Shown one piece after another: positions 1 through 9,358 of a stretch of 31,910 nt of DNA (its first letter is position 1; each line of letters starts with the position of its first letter). The DNA is from a virus. Taxonomy: Duplodnaviria > Caudoviricetes. The stretch lies in IMG/VR virus record IMGVR_UViG_3300012663_000601, positions 1 to 31,910 of that record, one strand, 5' to 3'. The translations under genes were made by a program, and so were the position numbers. The notes under the pieces are model-generated. The model was not told where the DNA came from and made no database searches. It saw only the letters and a list, made by a program, of their open reading frames with translations.

Positions 1-106
1 GCTGGTAGGTTTCGAACCTACAAAGGCTGCGAACTACGTTCATCGCCCCATCCCCATTCTCAACTATGAGTTGAGCGGGAGGTCTGCCTATTCCACTCAC
101 AGCCAC
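1..106 (-). tRNA. Atypical oversized tRNA-like RNA (Leu-type body, extended anticodon arm); 3' end cut off by the window edge
   Basis: Reverse complement shows acceptor 5' strand GTGGCTG pairing with CAGC at the edge, D-loop GGAATAGGCAGA and T-arm GTAGG-TTCGAAA-CCTAC. The variable arm is long and the anticodon region carries an extra hairpin CTCAA-CTCATAG-TTGAG. Confidence 0.75.
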
Positions 107-112
107 AACTAT

Positions 113-141
113 ATTATATAACCTTAAATGCACTAATGCAA
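113..141 (-). promoter_or_regulatory. sigma70-type promoter for the tRNA-like RNA
   Basis: Minus strand TTGCAT (141-136), 17 nt spacer, TATAAT (118-113). The predicted start falls at about 106, the 5' end of the RNA. Confidence 0.7.
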
Positions 142-153
142 GTTTTTCTTGAG

Positions 154-159
154 TAAATA
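154..159 (+). promoter_or_regulatory. Putative T4-like late promoter (TAAATA)
   Basis: TAAATA 10 nt upstream of the ATG at 170; the same motif heads other operons in the window. Confidence 0.45.
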
Positions 160-169
160 ACTTCATATT

Positions 170-1147
170 ATGCACGAAGACTTTCAAAAGATACCATTCC
201 AAAATATTGTACGTTTTGGACAAAGAACAATGTTGAACCAGCCCCTGTTCTCCACAAGTTGGATACTGGGACGGTTCTGTAATTATTCCTGTTCATATTG
301 TTGGCCCTATGCACGTAGTGACAAGTTAGATCATCAGTCATTAGATGTATACAAGCATACAGTAGACGAGATTAAAAGTCAAGCTCGAGCTAATGGATTT
401 AACCAATTCCATTGGAGCTTCAGTGGCGGCGAACCTACTGCATACAAGCAGTTAAATGATTTAGTAAAACATTTAGATGAAACAGAAAGTACGTACCAAA
501 GTATCCACATGACTACTAACTTGAGTCCAGGATCTAAATGGTGGAACACTTGGTGTAGGAATACTGAGTTGTTACAACGCAGAAGTATAACAGCCAGCTT
601 TCATGATGAGTTTGCCAAAGAGCAAGAGTTTGGCGACAAGTGTTTGCAGTTGATGCACGAGCTTGTTCACGTTACCGTAAACCAAGTTATGGTTCCAGAA
701 AAGTTCAATGATCTCTATGATAGAATGGAACGATTACATAAGCGTGGAATCAATGTAACACTGAAACCAATGAGCGATCCTACCGCCAGCCGTATTGTAG
801 ATGGATATACTGAGGACATGATACATAAAATGCAGACAGGATTTCCTCAACGTGCCTTTGGTGAAGAAGTTTACCAAATTGCTCTATACGATGCAGACGA
901 TAAAGAATATCTATTTGATCAAGCAGAACGGTTCAATGCTTTTAGCTTTAACAAATTTAAAGATTGGACTTGCAATGCAGGATATCAAAGTGTTATAATA
1001 AGAGGTAACGAAGTGAAACGCAGCTACAGTTGTCACGACCAATCATTAGGAACACTGGACCACTTTGAATTATTTAAAAAACCACAACTATGTATTACTC
1101 CAAGCTGTGTGAGTTCAGCAGACAGCAAAATACCTAAATGCAAATAG
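170..1147 (+). CDS. Radical SAM protein with C-terminal Cys-rich (Twitch/SPASM-like) region
   Basis: CNYSCSYC motif, SGGEPT, TTN, C-terminal CNAG...YSC...C...C; paralogue of 6621..7517. Confidence 0.9.
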   Translation: MHEDFQKIPFQNIVRFGQRTMLNQPLFSTSWILGRFCNYSCSYCWPYARSDKLDHQSLDVYKHTVDEIKSQARANGFNQFHWSFSGGEPTAYKQLNDLVKHLDETESTYQSIHMTTNLSPGSKWWNTWCRNTELLQRRSITASFHDEFAKEQEFGDKCLQLMHELVHVTVNQVMVPEKFNDLYDRMERLHKRGINVTLKPMSDPTASRIVDGYTEDMIHKMQTGFPQRAFGEEVYQIALYDADDKEYLFDQAERFNAFSFNKFKDWTCNAGYQSVIIRGNEVKRSYSCHDQSLGTLDHFELFKKPQLCITPSCVSSADSKIPKCK

Positions 1148-1728
1148 ATACAGAACATTTACATCATTGGATGCAGGCTATCCGTCAAAGTCCAGATCCT
1201 ATGCGCACAATGGATGCCTTCTGGAGCGGCCAAATAAAAAGCAAAGAATGGCTGATTACAAATTTACATAATAATGTAAGCAAATTTGTCAGCATAGATA
1301 TTCATGGCGGCTGGGTTGGAGTATTAGCCAGTATGTTATTCCAAAGCGATGTACCTGTTACAACTATCCGTAGTGTTGACATTGATCCTACTTGCGAACC
1401 TATTGCCGTTAACATGAATAAAATTGAAGAAATGGTTGGTAAGTTTCGTGCTGTTACCGCAGACATGTGCAATCTTCGTAGTGACGCTGACGTTATCATT
1501 AATACCAGTTGCGAACATATTACTCAGGATCAATTTGATTTATGGAAAAGCGGGATGCCCGCTAACAGTTTACTAGTGTTACAAAGTAATAATTATGATA
1601 TCCCCGAGCACGTTCGTACTGCGGCCTCTTTAGAAGAATTTAAAACTCAATGCGGTATCAATGTTATATGGGCCGGCGAGTTAGAATTACCATTGTATAA
1701 AAGATTTATGATAATAGGTAAACAATAA
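1138..1728 (+). CDS. Putative class I SAM-dependent methyltransferase
   Basis: Rossmann-type IHGGWVG motif I, SVDID acidic motif, TADM, INTSCEH. Confidence 0.65.
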   Translation: MQIDTEHLHHWMQAIRQSPDPMRTMDAFWSGQIKSKEWLITNLHNNVSKFVSIDIHGGWVGVLASMLFQSDVPVTTIRSVDIDPTCEPIAVNMNKIEEMVGKFRAVTADMCNLRSDADVIINTSCEHITQDQFDLWKSGMPANSLLVLQSNNYDIPEHVRTAASLEEFKTQCGINVIWAGELELPLYKRFMIIGKQ

Positions 1729-2819
1729 TGTTTAAGTTTAACGATCTAAAACAAATACATTTAGAAATTTCCAATAACTGCCAAGCATCCTGTCCTATGT
1801 GTACACGGAATATTCATGGCGGTCTTGATAATCCGTTGATAACAATCAGTAATTGGTCACTGGATCGTTATAAAACTATCATCAATGAAGAAGTTTTAAC
1901 TCAAGTTAGTTTAATATATTTTTGCGGAAACTATGGCGACCCACTATTAAACTCTGAGCTGATCGACATGATTAGATACTCTGTAAAAATTAATCCTAAT
2001 CTAGAAATACGTATTCATACAAATGGTAGCCTTCGAAGTACAGAGTGGTGGAAGGAGTTATATCATGCTCTGCCCGCAAAACATCACGTGGTATTTGCTA
2101 TTGATGGATTAGAGGATACACATTCACTGTATCGTATTGGTACAGACTTTAACAAAATTATAGAGAATGCTACAGCATTTATACGAGAGGGTGGAAAAGC
2201 AGAATGGGCTTATATACGATTTAAACATAACGAACACCAGGTAGATGTTGCTAGACACATGGCTACTGATCTTAAATTTAAAGAATTTGTGATGAAGGAC
2301 AGTTCTAGATGGTTATTGGATACAAAATTTCCTGTGTTTGATAAACAAGGCGACACTATCTATCATTTAGAGCCGAGTCAATATTCACAGTTAAAATTCA
2401 TTGACAAGAAAATCTTAGATAATTATAAATCTATTTTAGCAAAGACAGAAATTAATTGTCATGCATTAAATTTAAAAGAAATTTATATCAATGCTCAAGG
2501 TCACGTGTTTCCGTGTTGTTGGTTGGCCCAAATTCCTTATCAATCAGAAGATCAAGAAAAAGCAGTACTACCTGTTAGAAGAGAAATATTGCAACAATAT
2601 TATCAATTGGTAGAATCCTTAGGTGGTATTTCTGCGCTAGACGGGGAACAACGATCAGTTAAAGAAATTATTAATTCTGAACCCTATCAAACAGTATGGG
2701 ATGATTATTGGCACGATAACAAACTGATTACCTGCGCAAGGTCCTGCGGAGTAATGCCAGAATTATTTTCTACTCCTGCGGATCAATTTATTTCGAGAGA
2801 AAATTTAAAAGATGAATAA
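1728..2819 (+). CDS. Radical SAM protein with C-terminal Twitch/SPASM-like domain
   Basis: CQASCPMC, FCGNYGDP, HTNG, IDG, GHVFPCCW and CARSC; paralogue of 14338..15429. Confidence 0.9.
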   Translation: MFKFNDLKQIHLEISNNCQASCPMCTRNIHGGLDNPLITISNWSLDRYKTIINEEVLTQVSLIYFCGNYGDPLLNSELIDMIRYSVKINPNLEIRIHTNGSLRSTEWWKELYHALPAKHHVVFAIDGLEDTHSLYRIGTDFNKIIENATAFIREGGKAEWAYIRFKHNEHQVDVARHMATDLKFKEFVMKDSSRWLLDTKFPVFDKQGDTIYHLEPSQYSQLKFIDKKILDNYKSILAKTEINCHALNLKEIYINAQGHVFPCCWLAQIPYQSEDQEKAVLPVRREILQQYYQLVESLGGISALDGEQRSVKEIINSEPYQTVWDDYWHDNKLITCARSCGVMPELFSTPADQFISRENLKDE

Positions 2820-4233
2820 AGTATTTTGGATGCAGCCTACCGATACCCAAATAGGAAAATGGCAGGACCAAATTAAAGATGTATCTGGTAGTCCTAGTTT
2901 TTGTATACTACCTTGGATACATCTAGCGACCCGCCCTAATGGTGACATGCGTATATGCTGTGTAGCTAATGCCAGTGGAGCAGACACTGGGGATTATACC
3001 GTTGGGTTAGTTAAAAAAGAAGATGGTCAGCCAGCAAACTTTGCTAACGATCTTCCCACAAGTGCATTTAATAATGATTATATGAAGTCAGTACGTAAGA
3101 CTATGTTAGAGGGAGCAGTCCCTGCTAGTTGCACTAAATGCTTTGAAGAAGAAGCAGAGGGGATTGCTAGTAAGCGTATTTGGGAAACTGGCACCTGGCA
3201 CCTAAATGAAAAGATTGACATTAAAGAATTGATTGCTGAAACAGAACTGGACGGTTCAATTCCATATAAACTACAGTACTTAGATTTAAGGTTAGGACAT
3301 ACTTGTAATTTAAAATGTATCATGTGCAGTCCACATGATAGCAGTATGTGGGTTGCCGATCATAAAAAGGTATTTCCTATATTCACTAGTTCTTTGATCA
3401 AGAAACAAATGAGTTGGGAAGGGTTAGACTTTAACAACCAGTGGTATGAAAACCCTGCGTTCTGGGCAGAAATTTATGATCAGATACCTAACATTAAACA
3501 GTTGTACTTTGCAGGTGGCGAACCTTTATTAATTAAAGAGCATAAAGTATTTTTATTAGAAATCATTGCTCGCGGATATGCTGGCCAGATTAGTCTACGA
3601 TATAATACAAATGGCATTCTAGTCAATGATGAAATCATAGAGATATGGAGTCAGTTCCGCAAAGTAAAAGTAGGAGTTAGTCTAGACGGCATCGGACCAC
3701 GAGGGGAATATATACGTTATCCATTAGACTGGAAAGAAGTAGAATCCAACCTAGTTAAGTTAGATAATGCACCAGACAATATACAAACCAACATTGCTAT
3801 GGCAGTGCAAATACTAAACATCAAACATGTTCCAGATTTTATTAAGTGGAAGGTGCGTATGAAATTTAACAAAGTAAACTTTGACCTAAATGCAGCAGGC
3901 CAAGTGATGGGCGGTGGACTGGTAGGCGTACACTTATTATGGATACCAACTTGGTTGAGTCTACGTGTACTGCCTAAAGAAGATAAACTCGAAGTACGAA
4001 ACTTATTTGCAGAACTACAGCAATGGTTGTGGGACAATTATACACAGGATACAGAATTTTGGGAAGTTAACCCGTACGGTTGGAAACGTTGGGAAGGCAT
4101 ACTAGACTGGATGGACAAAGAAGATCATACTAATTTAATACCAGACTTTAAAGATTATATTACTACAATGGACGCACAGCGAGGAACTGATTTTTCTCAG
4201 ACTTTTCCAGAATTGAGTCATTTAATAAAATGA
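2812..4233 (+). CDS. Radical SAM protein with N-terminal Twitch/SPASM-like domain
   Basis: N-terminal CILPW...RICC...CTKC, core CNLKCIMC, FAGGEP, YNTNG, SLDG; paralogue of 7510..8769. Confidence 0.9.
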   Translation: MNKVFWMQPTDTQIGKWQDQIKDVSGSPSFCILPWIHLATRPNGDMRICCVANASGADTGDYTVGLVKKEDGQPANFANDLPTSAFNNDYMKSVRKTMLEGAVPASCTKCFEEEAEGIASKRIWETGTWHLNEKIDIKELIAETELDGSIPYKLQYLDLRLGHTCNLKCIMCSPHDSSMWVADHKKVFPIFTSSLIKKQMSWEGLDFNNQWYENPAFWAEIYDQIPNIKQLYFAGGEPLLIKEHKVFLLEIIARGYAGQISLRYNTNGILVNDEIIEIWSQFRKVKVGVSLDGIGPRGEYIRYPLDWKEVESNLVKLDNAPDNIQTNIAMAVQILNIKHVPDFIKWKVRMKFNKVNFDLNAAGQVMGGGLVGVHLLWIPTWLSLRVLPKEDKLEVRNLFAELQQWLWDNYTQDTEFWEVNPYGWKRWEGILDWMDKEDHTNLIPDFKDYITTMDAQRGTDFSQTFPELSHLIK

Positions 4234-4664
4234 AATTTTGTCGTATTAATTTAAGTAAAACTAATTACGAGACAATGGTTCAAGAACACCAATGGCAATA
4301 TGTCAGCGATCGTCAGTTCTCTAAACTCAACGATATCTACGAAAAATATTGCAGATACAAAAAGTTTGACAGCGTCATGCCTATATTTCCAAATCAATAT
4401 ACCGATGACTCAGTTGACATTGTAGGATATTTTGATAATGGGCAACTGGTAGCCTGGGATATGATTAAAATACATAATGCTAAAAACGCAGAAGCATTAC
4501 AGTTTGCGTGGGACTATAAAAATCCGGATCTACGATTAGGTATGGAAAGTCTAAAGAATGCCTGTGCTATCTATAAACACAGAGGCTTCGAATATCTATA
4601 CCTAGGTACCGCAGCAAATTATAAAAAAGAAATTGACGGATATGAAGAATTAGGTCCTGTCTGA
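4230..4664 (+). CDS. GNAT-fold protein resembling the C-terminal domain of arginyl-tRNA-protein transferase (ATE/Bpt)
   Basis: FAWDY...LRLG...GFEYLYLG...YK resembles the ATE_C ending (SLG...YxYLGY...YK). Confidence 0.5.
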   Translation: MKFCRINLSKTNYETMVQEHQWQYVSDRQFSKLNDIYEKYCRYKKFDSVMPIFPNQYTDDSVDIVGYFDNGQLVAWDMIKIHNAKNAEALQFAWDYKNPDLRLGMESLKNACAIYKHRGFEYLYLGTAANYKKEIDGYEELGPV

Positions 4665-5126
4665 TCTCCAAGATACCACATCATTATACAGATCGTCTGG
4701 CCAATTTTTATAATATCCTGCATCCGTTAGTTGTTTGCTAGCTGCGTTTAGTTTTTCTTTCTGCTGTACTAATATAATATTATATCGGCCGTTGCTGAAA
4801 TTTAAGTGATGGAATATTTCCGGTATATCTTTATGATCCTCTAAACATACAAATCCCCTAGACAACCAATGGTCATTTAGACGTCTAACATCTAATACAA
4901 AATTAGTCGGCTCTACATCTCCACATACGAATCCCACAACGTCATATTCCGTAGACCAATTTTCTAAACACTGTGTAATGTCAACAATATAGTTGTCGGT
5001 CTCTATAAATTTTATCCTAGCCTTTCTAGCATAAGGGCACGGGGGCAAGCCGTTGAGTAGAGCCTCTGGTTTACTTAGAAATCCTTCTATCCATGATCTA
5101 AGATACGGTTCAAATTCCGTAGTCAT
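4650..5126 (-). CDS. Hypothetical protein, DUF1415-like N-terminus
   Basis: W...LNGLPPCPYA motif and LEDH. Start moved to the ATG at 5126 (MTTEF), which overlaps the end of the upstream gene. Confidence 0.55.
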   Translation of the reverse strand: MTTEFEPYLRSWIEGFLSKPEALLNGLPPCPYARKARIKFIETDNYIVDITQCLENWSTEYDVVGFVCGDVEPTNFVLDVRRLNDHWLSRGFVCLEDHKDIPEIFHHLNFSNGRYNIILVQQKEKLNAASKQLTDAGYYKNWPDDLYNDVVSWRSDRT

Positions 5127-6294
5127 TTTGTCCACCACTACGTCTAACATCTAATGTAAGACAATGCCATCCACCGTCCCAAAAAAATCTATGTCGCAAT
5201 GGACAGTATATTGGTTCGAGGTTATGCTTTTTCAAAACAGAAAATAATTCTTTGCTATTACTGTTTACAACAACGTGTCGATCATCAACTACTAAACAGT
5301 TCAAATCAAAAATAGTTTCTTCAACGAAACCGGTCCAATTAGGCAATACTGATTCTACAAATTTAGTAAATTCGTAGTTCTCCTCCTCGCCCGGAACCCA
5401 CCACTTTCCTCTATTCTGTTCTTTTAAGTCATGAAATTTCCCCACATCTTCCCATCGTGTATCATTGAAATAAATTACTTCCCAGCCTTTAAAATTATGC
5501 TCTCGACCTTTGAACCACGGCCCGGCAATAACCACTCCTGGTTTTAACACACTAAAAATACCATCGTTGTGGCCGCCAAGCATTAATTTACTATAATTAA
5601 ATTGGGGATATCGTTCCATGAGATAGGTTATTGCTTCTTCAGTTTGGTGCAAATCAACTAGACATTTTTTTCCTATCCTGGTTATATTTGGACTACAAAA
5701 TCCAGACAGTGGAGTATCTAAAAGTAGTTTATTTTTTTCGTCTTGAGATAGTAGATCGTAGTTTATATCCAGCCCTTTAATTTCTATGTATTCTTTAAAA
5801 TTGTCTTCAGTACGTCGGAATTGTTTTTCTCCGTTATACAAAGTTAAATCTATTTGTTCGGACCCAAACCATTCCTGAAATTTCTTAACGTATCCGTCTA
5901 CCTCAAACGTTTTATCTGTGATTAAGATCTTATTTCCCATTACAACAGAGTCGTCGCGAACCTGTAACGGGTGAATTGGAATTAATGCATCCCTTACTAT
6001 GTGTGAACTTTCGCTAGCGTGACCAATCCTGCCATTAACATCTGCATAATCCAATATGCTGTTATGGTATCCCAATTCCGTAGGAGATGCTTGAAATACT
6101 TCTATGTTATGAGATTTCATCTGTTCTTTAAAATATTCGATATCCTCGGTAGTTTCATCGCATATTTTTTTAAGAACATCGCATATTTTCTTATTTTTCA
6201 CACCGTCAAAGAAACTGCTGTCGTAGGTGCTTCCTACAACCACGGCTTCTAAAGGTTGAAACTCATCCCAACTATTAATTTTAATTTTTTTCAT
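5110..6294 (-). CDS. Amidinotransferase (glycine/inosamine-phosphate amidinotransferase, pentein superfamily)
   Basis: NSWDEFQPLEAVVVG, VRD, HNDG and catalytic-Cys motif DGGWHCLTLDVRR. Start taken at ATG 6294 (MKKIK). Confidence 0.85.
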   Translation of the reverse strand: MKKIKINSWDEFQPLEAVVVGSTYDSSFFDGVKNKKICDVLKKICDETTEDIEYFKEQMKSHNIEVFQASPTELGYHNSILDYADVNGRIGHASESSHIVRDALIPIHPLQVRDDSVVMGNKILITDKTFEVDGYVKKFQEWFGSEQIDLTLYNGEKQFRRTEDNFKEYIEIKGLDINYDLLSQDEKNKLLLDTPLSGFCSPNITRIGKKCLVDLHQTEEAITYLMERYPQFNYSKLMLGGHNDGIFSVLKPGVVIAGPWFKGREHNFKGWEVIYFNDTRWEDVGKFHDLKEQNRGKWWVPGEEENYEFTKFVESVLPNWTGFVEETIFDLNCLVVDDRHVVVNSNSKELFSVLKKHNLEPIYCPLRHRFFWDGGWHCLTLDVRRSGGQNDYGI

Positions 6295-6613
6295 CTGGCC
6301 AATCTCTATAATATGCATGTTGGATGTTGCCCCCAACAAATTGATTAAAGCTACGGTGCTTATCTTCTAGCTCACCTTCTAATGGAGCCACACGCTGGAA
6401 CGCTGTTTCTAACTGTGCCATATTATTAAACTCCATCATAATATGCCACTCTGGAATATCCATACTACGGAATCCCATTTTGCATCTAGTAATTCGATAC
6501 CGTACCATCTTATCTTCATTTACTAAGTGATCGAGAAACGACTTCATATTAGTAACCCATTCTGAATCGCTAATGTCGCCTTCTTTATCTGCCCATACGT
6601 GATATATATCCAT
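6281..6613 (-). CDS. Small protein, DUF6614-like
   Basis: MDIYHVW...FLDHL...YRITRCKMGF...HIMMEFNNMAQLETAF matches the family as recalled. Confidence 0.6.
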   Translation of the reverse strand: MDIYHVWADKEGDISDSEWVTNMKSFLDHLVNEDKMVRYRITRCKMGFRSMDIPEWHIMMEFNNMAQLETAFQRVAPLEGELEDKHRSFNQFVGGNIQHAYYRDWPDEKN

Positions 6614-6620
6614 CAGATAT

Positions 6621-7517
6621 TTAATCTCCTTTAATTTTTGTTAGAGGAATATCGGCAGCACAGGTACACCAGTCTCTAGTACATACAATTGGGTTTGTAG
6701 GTACTACAAAACTCCCTGTGTAAATATTACCTAAACTGCCGCCTACTCGACAAGTAGCACGATGCACCTCGCCGTCCCAGTTAATCATTAAACTCTCAAT
6801 GCCTGCATTACAGGTCCAATTTTTAAATTGATTTTGATGTAATTTAATAACATCGTTGCTATGCATAACTTCACCGTCGTCGATTCGACAGTTTGGTTTA
6901 ACAGTAGCATCGTGATCTAATATCCATTGTAAGTCTTTTCCTTCATATCTTAAATCGTCAAAAACGTTATGATCACCTTCGGTCCAACGTATTCTACGTA
7001 CAGCATATTTGATTCCGATCTCTTGAAACTTTTTAACTACAGTTCTTACATGATCCATTTTATCGTGATGCGCCATAACATTAACAAAAAAATCTCGTTC
7101 TGTGCTGTCATAAAATTTTAAAATAGTATCAACTACTCTGGTCCAGTCGTGTTCGAAGTGTAGACTAAACACAAGATGATTAAAAAATATTTCATTATCT
7201 AAATACCAGCGATACCCTCGGGTACCATTAGTTGTTAGATTGACCCAAAATATATCCTTGCGTTTAAAGTATTCAAGGAGATCTTCAATGTCCGGATGTA
7301 CACATGGTTCTCCGCCAGTTAAACTAATGCGTAACGGCTTACCTATTTCACATAGTTTATCAACAGTTGCTTCTAGTGCGGCAATATCCGTGTGCGGACT
7401 AAAGTTATCGTGTATGCTACTAGGACAGTATGTACAATCGTAGTTACACCGTTTACCAAGATTCCATTCTATTTTAATTTGATCTTGATGTGGCCAAGCA
7501 GAAGTTACTTTATACAT
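6621..7517 (-). CDS. Radical SAM protein with C-terminal Cys-rich region
   Basis: CNYDCTYC, TGGEP, TTNG, CNAG...ATC...CTRDWCTC. Confidence 0.9.
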   Translation of the reverse strand: MYKVTSAWPHQDQIKIEWNLGKRCNYDCTYCPSSIHDNFSPHTDIAALEATVDKLCEIGKPLRISLTGGEPCVHPDIEDLLEYFKRKDIFWVNLTTNGTRGYRWYLDNEIFFNHLVFSLHFEHDWTRVVDTILKFYDSTERDFFVNVMAHHDKMDHVRTVVKKFQEIGIKYAVRRIRWTEGDHNVFDDLRYEGKDLQWILDHDATVKPNCRIDDGEVMHSNDVIKLHQNQFKNWTCNAGIESLMINWDGEVHRATCRVGGSLGNIYTGSFVVPTNPIVCTRDWCTCAADIPLTKIKGD

Positions 7518-8769
7518 AATTTTTAAACTCAGGAGTTACTTCTAAAAAACTTTGACTGCGTGATTTATCTAATCTACGATTAAACTCTACACAGTCTGAC
7601 CACTTCTCGCTTTGATCCCGTGCTTGCAAATAGTTAATGTTATCTTGTATTTGCCCAAGTGTGTACTCTAAAAGTTGTGGATGTTGTTTAACTAATTTAA
7701 AATCCTTAACTCTCTTATGTACAGCAATTAGTTTGTCTATTGCTAACATTCTTAGATCACTAGGCAATACCTGTGCTGATAACAGTTTTGGGTATTCAAC
7801 GCGATGTGTATGGAACACAATGCCTAGGTCGTCTAGAAAGTATTCGATTATCTTATCTAGAATAAGAACATTACTAACTTGCACCGTAACAGCGCCAACT
7901 ATACGACTAATATTTGGAATGGTCTGTATCTGTTTAATATTATTAATTAGTTCTGCCCAGCTGGCATTGCCTCGAATATATTCATAACTATCGCCAATAC
8001 CATCTATGCTCACGTTAACCGCCACTGACTTGAACTTAGGCCAGTATTCCCAAACAGTTCGATCGCTTTTACCCAGCATGGTCAAATTGGTAGCATACTT
8101 AATTTCAATCTGATCACCGTAAGGCGCAAGCATGTCTAATATGCGATAGTGCTGTGGATCCATTAACGGTTCACCACCAGCAAACTCTACACGACGGAAG
8201 TGTGGTAATAGCTTTTCTAAACTAGCCCACCATTCCGGATTGTCTTGAAACTTGTCAAGATGCGGCTTAGTTTCTAAGTTGTGTTCTTCTACAATAGCAT
8301 ACATGATATTGCCTTCTGCTTTGTAAAAGTCTTTTACTTCACTCCAGTCATTCCAACTCGTACTATCCATCGGATGGCACATACGACATTTTAAATTGCA
8401 TAAATTGTTTAGTTTGAGCTCCATTGTGGGAATCTCAAAAGGCATAGTAAAGTCGTGACGCATTTTTTTCAATGCATCTGGATACAAATTTATTCTTGCT
8501 TCTGGAATTTTTCCTGCAATATGTCGCTGGCGCAGACTTTCAACACCTTGATCTTCTAGACTAAAACAAGGTTCGCATTCAACGGGGCGTTCACCTATTA
8601 ATACCTGTCGACGAATCCGCTGCATTACCTCACTATTCCAATGATACTCTAATGGTGCATCTTGTATAAAACCGATAGGATGGCTTCGACAACAAGCACA
8701 GATAGCACCGTCTTCTCTAGTTGCTAGTCCTGTAAAAGGATGCATACAAAATGTTTTACTTTGGTGCAT
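7510..8769 (-). CDS. Radical SAM protein with N-terminal Twitch/SPASM-like domain
   Basis: FCMHPF...CACC...CEPC, CNLKCRMC, FAGGEP, SIDG. Confidence 0.9.
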   Translation of the reverse strand: MHQSKTFCMHPFTGLATREDGAICACCRSHPIGFIQDAPLEYHWNSEVMQRIRRQVLIGERPVECEPCFSLEDQGVESLRQRHIAGKIPEARINLYPDALKKMRHDFTMPFEIPTMELKLNNLCNLKCRMCHPMDSTSWNDWSEVKDFYKAEGNIMYAIVEEHNLETKPHLDKFQDNPEWWASLEKLLPHFRRVEFAGGEPLMDPQHYRILDMLAPYGDQIEIKYATNLTMLGKSDRTVWEYWPKFKSVAVNVSIDGIGDSYEYIRGNASWAELINNIKQIQTIPNISRIVGAVTVQVSNVLILDKIIEYFLDDLGIVFHTHRVEYPKLLSAQVLPSDLRMLAIDKLIAVHKRVKDFKLVKQHPQLLEYTLGQIQDNINYLQARDQSEKWSDCVEFNRRLDKSRSQSFLEVTPEFKNYV

Positions 8770-9358
8770 TGATTATCTCGTATAATTTTTTAGCCGCGTT
8801 GCTGTGACTTACGTGGCCAGGGTGACTATTGTCTAGTGCTTTGTCAACCATTGTTAAAATGTCTTCATTTATATAAGTTGTAGGAGTCAATATAAAATTT
8901 GGCATCACTTCATACCAAGCCCACGAAGTAGAAAAATGATGTTGTTGAATATTTTTTGTTTTTAAAAAACATTCAGCATGGTGTATATGAAGTCCTGTTC
9001 TTACAGATAGATCATAGTTATTATGAACATCTGCCCATTTTTCAATAAATTTTGTATCTTTGTGCCAAGCATTTACTTGTATAGAAGTATCCATGCCTAA
9101 CAGATTTTTTCTAAAAATATAGTCTCTTTGAGGATAGGTCCATCCGACAATTACTATGTCAGTTTGCTGAAATTCAAAGTTTAAAATATCTTTTAATATT
9201 TGTATATTGCTGTGTCCCGGAACAGCAGTATTAACGACACGGTATCCTAGCATATCTCCCAGTACTTTGGGCCATGCACGATCACTGGGATAGGTATCAG
9301 TTGGATCTAACCAATGTCCAAAGGTTAAGCTATCTCCAAAAGCTATTAATCTAGTCAT
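8756..9358 (-). CDS. SGNH/GDSL hydrolase-family protein
   Basis: FGDSLTFG block I, NTAVPGHSN block II, DNSHPG block V. Start taken at ATG 9358 (MTRLIAF). Confidence 0.8.
   Translation of the reverse strand: MTRLIAFGDSLTFGHWLDPTDTYPSDRAWPKVLGDMLGYRVVNTAVPGHSNIQILKDILNFEFQQTDIVIVGWTYPQRDYIFRKNLLGMDTSIQVNAWHKDTKFIEKWADVHNNYDLSVRTGLHIHHAECFLKTKNIQQHHFSTSWAWYEVMPNFILTPTTYINEDILTMVDKALDNSHPGHVSHSNAAKKLYEIINAPK

Noticed and set aside
1-106. tmRNA or selenocysteine tRNA
   Set aside because: Too short for tmRNA with no tag reading frame; no UCA centred in a 7 nt loop and no extended Sec-type D-stem.
170-8769. Calling the radical SAMs moaA, pqqE or viperin
   Set aside because: Only generic motifs are present, the partner genes of those pathways are absent, and there is no C-terminal GG of MoaA.
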